Shown here: one piece after another, positions 60,376-64,000 of the stretch | How positions within the stretch are numbered: the first letter of the stretch is position 1 | How the letters are laid out: the number at the start of each line of letters is the position of its first letter | Program-made: the position numbers and the translations under genes | DNA from: Camelus ferus | Lineage: Eukaryota | Assembly: GCF_009834535.1 (NCBI RefSeq) | Contig: NC_045696.1 | Coordinates: 2,854,001 to 2,918,000, forward strand | Length of the DNA: 64,000 nucleotides | Reading direction: 5' to 3' | Notes under the pieces: model-generated | Databases searched by the model: none | What the model saw: only the letters and a program-made list of their open reading frames with translations | Told to the model about the DNA's origin: nothing

Positions 60376-62922
60376 CATTTCCACTTGTTACTCAGTGTAG
60401 GAGAACTGGACACACAAGTCGGCTGCGGTTTTGCAAATCCAACCCCATGACCAGGCATCAGTGTCCATGAAAGGAACACCTTAGGGAGCAGAGGCTTCCG
60501 TGGCATCACAAAGAGTCCACCTGGAAAACTGGAAACCGCCCCCTGCCCCGCTCCCCCATGCAGTGGGAACTGGGGTGATGTCCCAGATGGAAAGTCCCTG
60601 AAGGTAACCACACACCCGTCTTCCTCGAGGGGGCAGCACACGGGCAGACTGGGCCCGGGGCTTGGACTCCAGAGCCTTGAAGAAGCCCCTTACAGGATGG
60701 TCAGGGTGCAGGGTCCCGGCCTGAGGACGGGAGGGCTGGTGTCCAGGCTGCTGCCCGGATCCCCCTAGCTTTGCCGGCAGCTCTATCGCCAGCCAGGGGG
60801 CTCACTGTCCAGAGCTTCTGGTCCCCACATCGTCCTGGATGCTGGCCCTTGGGACTGGACGCTGTAGCTCTGATCTCTCACCGCCTGACACCTTTGCTCC
60901 ACCCGCCCATTCTGGGTTCAGGGCAACCCCGAGGAGCTGAAATGTTTGCGACAGTCAAGAGGCAGAGGTGACGGGCAGACGAAACCATCTGGTGCCGCTT
61001 CCGTGGCGGCTCCGGAGCAGGAGTGACACGTCTGTGCATCTGCTCTCGTGCTGGCGGCCCGGACGTGGCAGCGGGTTGGGGTCTGGGCGGCCGGGTGGTG
61101 GAGAGTGTGGAGGACGCCTGAGAGACCAGAGGCCCCGCAGCTTCAAGCTGGCGCTCAGCCACCTCCGTGTGGTGTGTGTGATCGGAGGACGCCGGACGCG
61201 GCCCCAGGCGACGCCAGGCGCGCGTCACCCCCGCGTGGAGGGGGAGAGGTGAGCCACCACCACCCGGAGTCCTGATGTTCCCGGGATGCGAGCTGCTCCG
61301 GGGGCGGCCAGATGCAGTTTCGGGGGCTGGCGGGCTGTTGAGGCTTCAAGTGCCATCCTCGCTGCCAGCACTCCAAAATCCACGACGTGCCCAGATGTGC
61401 CAGAGGCCAGGGCTCCGTCTCTGAGCACCTCCGGCTGCCACCGCAGGCAGCTGCAGGCTTTTGGAAGCGCCGGAACCCCTCCCAGTCTCCCCTGGGATGT
61501 GCTGGTGGAGGCCGGGCCAGCAGCCGGCCGCACGGGCAGCGTCGCTCCTTCCACCCCGGCCCTGATGGCAGCTGCACGCACGCCCCGCGTGCGGACTGAT
61601 GTAGGAAGGAGGCACCTTCCCATCCCGAGGCGTCCACACTCTCAGTGTGAGGGCGCGCCCCTCCCCGGCCTCAGGCAGCCCGAGCTTGGAGGACACGGGG
61701 ACGGAGGGGCTCTGCCGTCAGGCCCAGGTCTGCTCTCACCCCCCAGGGGCTGGGGCCAAACGTGACTTTTCTGGATGTGCTCAGTGGTGACTCTTGTCCC
61801 CCTGCTGGAAGCAGGGGTCTGTGTGTCCCGAGCCCCGGGGACAGGCCCCCCATCGTTGGGAGCCGCTGAGACAGAGGTCCTCCTGCTTCTTTTGGAAGAT
61901 GTAGCTCTGGCTCCTCCGGTCACGCTCCCCAGCCCCGTCCATCTCTGATCACGCAGCTCTGGCAGGTGGCGGCCACATGCTTAAAATGCCCCCTTCCCCT
62001 GAACTCGCAGCTCCCACGCACTGACTGGTTGGACATGTCATCGGGTTTACTCGCTAGAAAACACCCCGAGACACAGGCCAGCACAGGCCCTGCCCAGCGG
62101 CCAGGCCGGGTGGGGGCGGGGTCTGTGCTTCGCCGGGCTTCCGTGTCCTGGGAGACCACGCGAGTGGAAGTGGGTCCCTGAGGAGATTCCAGGCGACCGT
62201 GATGGGATGGCGACCGCTCAGCGAGTAAAGCCCTTTCCTGCGACCTGCAGGGACGTCCACCTGCTGACCTCGACCGAGCGCATGAGTGATCCCGGGGCGG
62301 CCGCTCTGTGTCACAGAAAAGCCCATGAGTCCGTAGGTTTTGGTGGCCTGAAGCCCACGCGGAGAGACTTCTTGTTTCTTGGGGTTCAGAAAAGGGGGAG
62401 TAAGTGATGTTGTCAGGTAAGAGACTAAACCAAAAAACTCCAGGTTTGGGTTTTCTCGGCAGAAGAGAAATGTTAAAGAACTTTCTTGCTGTAAGAAGCA
62501 ACTCTCGGTCCCCGAGTCCTCACTGCCCCTCGTCCGGCCGTGACGCAGGTGCCCATGTCCCCTCGCCTCGCTCTCAGCAGAACCTCCAGTGGAAGCCCCT
62601 TCTGGAAATTCTCCCCAATGCGTTGGAGGCCCCCCACCCCCGGGGGGGCACAGCAGCCAGCCTGGGGGTCAGGACATGGCCCTGGGGACGCTCTGGGGAC
62701 ATGTGCAGTCAGAGCCCAGGTGCAAGGCCCCTCACCTGCTCCTCGGGTCCGGTGCCCCTTCCTGAGTTCAGGGCCTTCCCGAGCCCACCAGGGGCAGTCT
62801 GAATGAAAATTTGGAGAATCACGTTGAAAGAAAAGGAGAGAGGAGAAGCCAAGGAGGAGAGCGACGGGGACGCCCCCGTCTGGTCCCCGAGACGCTGGCC
62901 CCTGGGCAGCCCCCTCACTCAC

Positions 62923-62997
62923 CTCGTTGGGCTCCCAGAGCCAGACGTCGAAGGTGGGCTTCCGCAGGGCTTCTATGGTCTCGGGGGAGAGCAGGTA
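62923..62997 (-). CDS. PDE9A: PDE9A exon (human exon 10 equivalent): [25 protein letters not shown]
   Basis: Minus acceptor cctccccag|TAC and donor GAG|gtgagt; 75 nt. Upstream exons lie beyond the window. Confidence 0.96.
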
Positions 62998-64000
62998 CTG
63001 GGGAGGACGGGGGAGCGGCGTCAGCCGGCCCTGAGACAAAGGCACGGGTGCCTTCCCCACCCCCCACCCAGGGCACCTGCGCACAGACCCAAAGGTTACA
63101 TCCCACGAGAATTCTGGAGAGGATGAAACTGCGGGGACAGACCTCCCACCCGCGGTGGCCGGGGGCAGGGCAAGATCTCCGGGAATGACCACCCTGGGGA
63201 CGAGGGGACTTTTGGGGACACAGAAAGAACATTTACACCTGACGGTGGGGGAGGCTGCGTGGCCGTGTGTCTGTCGCACTTCACAGCACAGGGCGCCCAC
63301 GGCAGGCGGCCTTTATTGCGTGCTAACGACATCTCGACAAACCTGACTGACAGACGCGCAGTGAAGTGGAGTCAAGGGAACTGTTTTTTACTTGGCATAA
63401 ATTCAAATACTGCCCACGAAGCTATTGTGATGGCTTTTTGGCGGGGGGAGCCTGTCACTGGCTTAGCTATGGGCTCTGACTGCAGTTTGCTGAGGGGGCT
63501 GGAGCCGGGGGAGGTCAGAGTCCAGGCCACACTGTGACAAGAAAGAGCAGATTTTAGACAGAAGACAGTCACAGTGTTTGAGAATTAGATGTATTTGTCT
63601 CTGAGGTCCTTCTGTTTGTTTTTTAAAAAGGGATCTGCAGTGGAGGTTGGGCATCCTTTGTTTGGCCCCAGGCTGGGCCTTGGGACCCCGGACAGGACAG
63701 GGTCCTGAGACGTGGGCCACGAGCTCCTATGGGAAAAGGCTCTGGGGTCCATGTGAAAACCTCGGACGGTATTTAGCTCGTCCTTCACACCTGAGGGGGG
63801 ACACCCTGGCGGGAAGGCTCTGGGGGGCTTTGCTGCTGCAGGGACAGCAGGGGGACCTGCCTTGTGCACGGCCAGGCCCCCGTCTGCAGGGTCCCGGCTG
63901 CCGCGAAGCCCAAATCTGAGCACGAGGGCGCGTCAATCAGTGGGGCTGGGTTCCTCTCAGTCACCGGCTGAAGGCATTGGTGACGGGGTGACCACCAGCA

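Noticed and set aside
47288..62997. PDE9A pseudogenisation
   Set aside because: All 11 exons join in frame with GT-AG sites, and the catalytic motifs (FHNFRH, HDLDH, LENHH, CCDISNE, QIGF) are intact.
1..64000. A novel multi-gene or prokaryote-type system (CRISPR array, operon, defence island)
   Set aside because: The sequence is intron-containing mammalian DNA. I found no regularly spaced repeats, and all recognisable coding signal belongs to WDR4, PDE9A or L1 remnants.

Overview
GC-rich mammalian genomic DNA, most likely camelid (five copies of a tRNA-derived SINE resembling vic-1). It holds the 3' halves of two convergent, intron-containing genes. WDR4, the non-catalytic subunit of the METTL1-WDR4 tRNA m7G46 methyltransferase, is on the + strand with 7 coding exons from 98 to 11251. 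PDE9A, a cGMP-specific phosphodiesterase, is on the - strand with 11 coding exons from 62997 to 47288 covering the catalytic domain and C-terminus. All exons were placed by reading GT-AG boundaries, and they join in frame (WDR4 753 nt, PDE9A 1035 nt including stops). The ~35 kb between the 3' ends is mostly LINE-1, MaLR/ERV LTR, SINE and DNA-transposon remnants, plus a repeat-poor island near 35.3-38.4 kb. I see no evidence of a novel biological system, CRISPR array or RNA gene; the many long ORFs in the track are GC-rich artefacts. The best leads are gene-level. WDR4 has Cys at the human F365 position and an early stop. PDE9A has shifted and tandem splice acceptors, a strong cryptic donor, and an intronic antisense LTR with promoter and donor motifs. 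Two palindromic transcription-factor motif clusters also stand out. Comparisons with human proteins, exon numbering and repeat subfamily names come from memory, not a search, and repeat boundaries are approximate.
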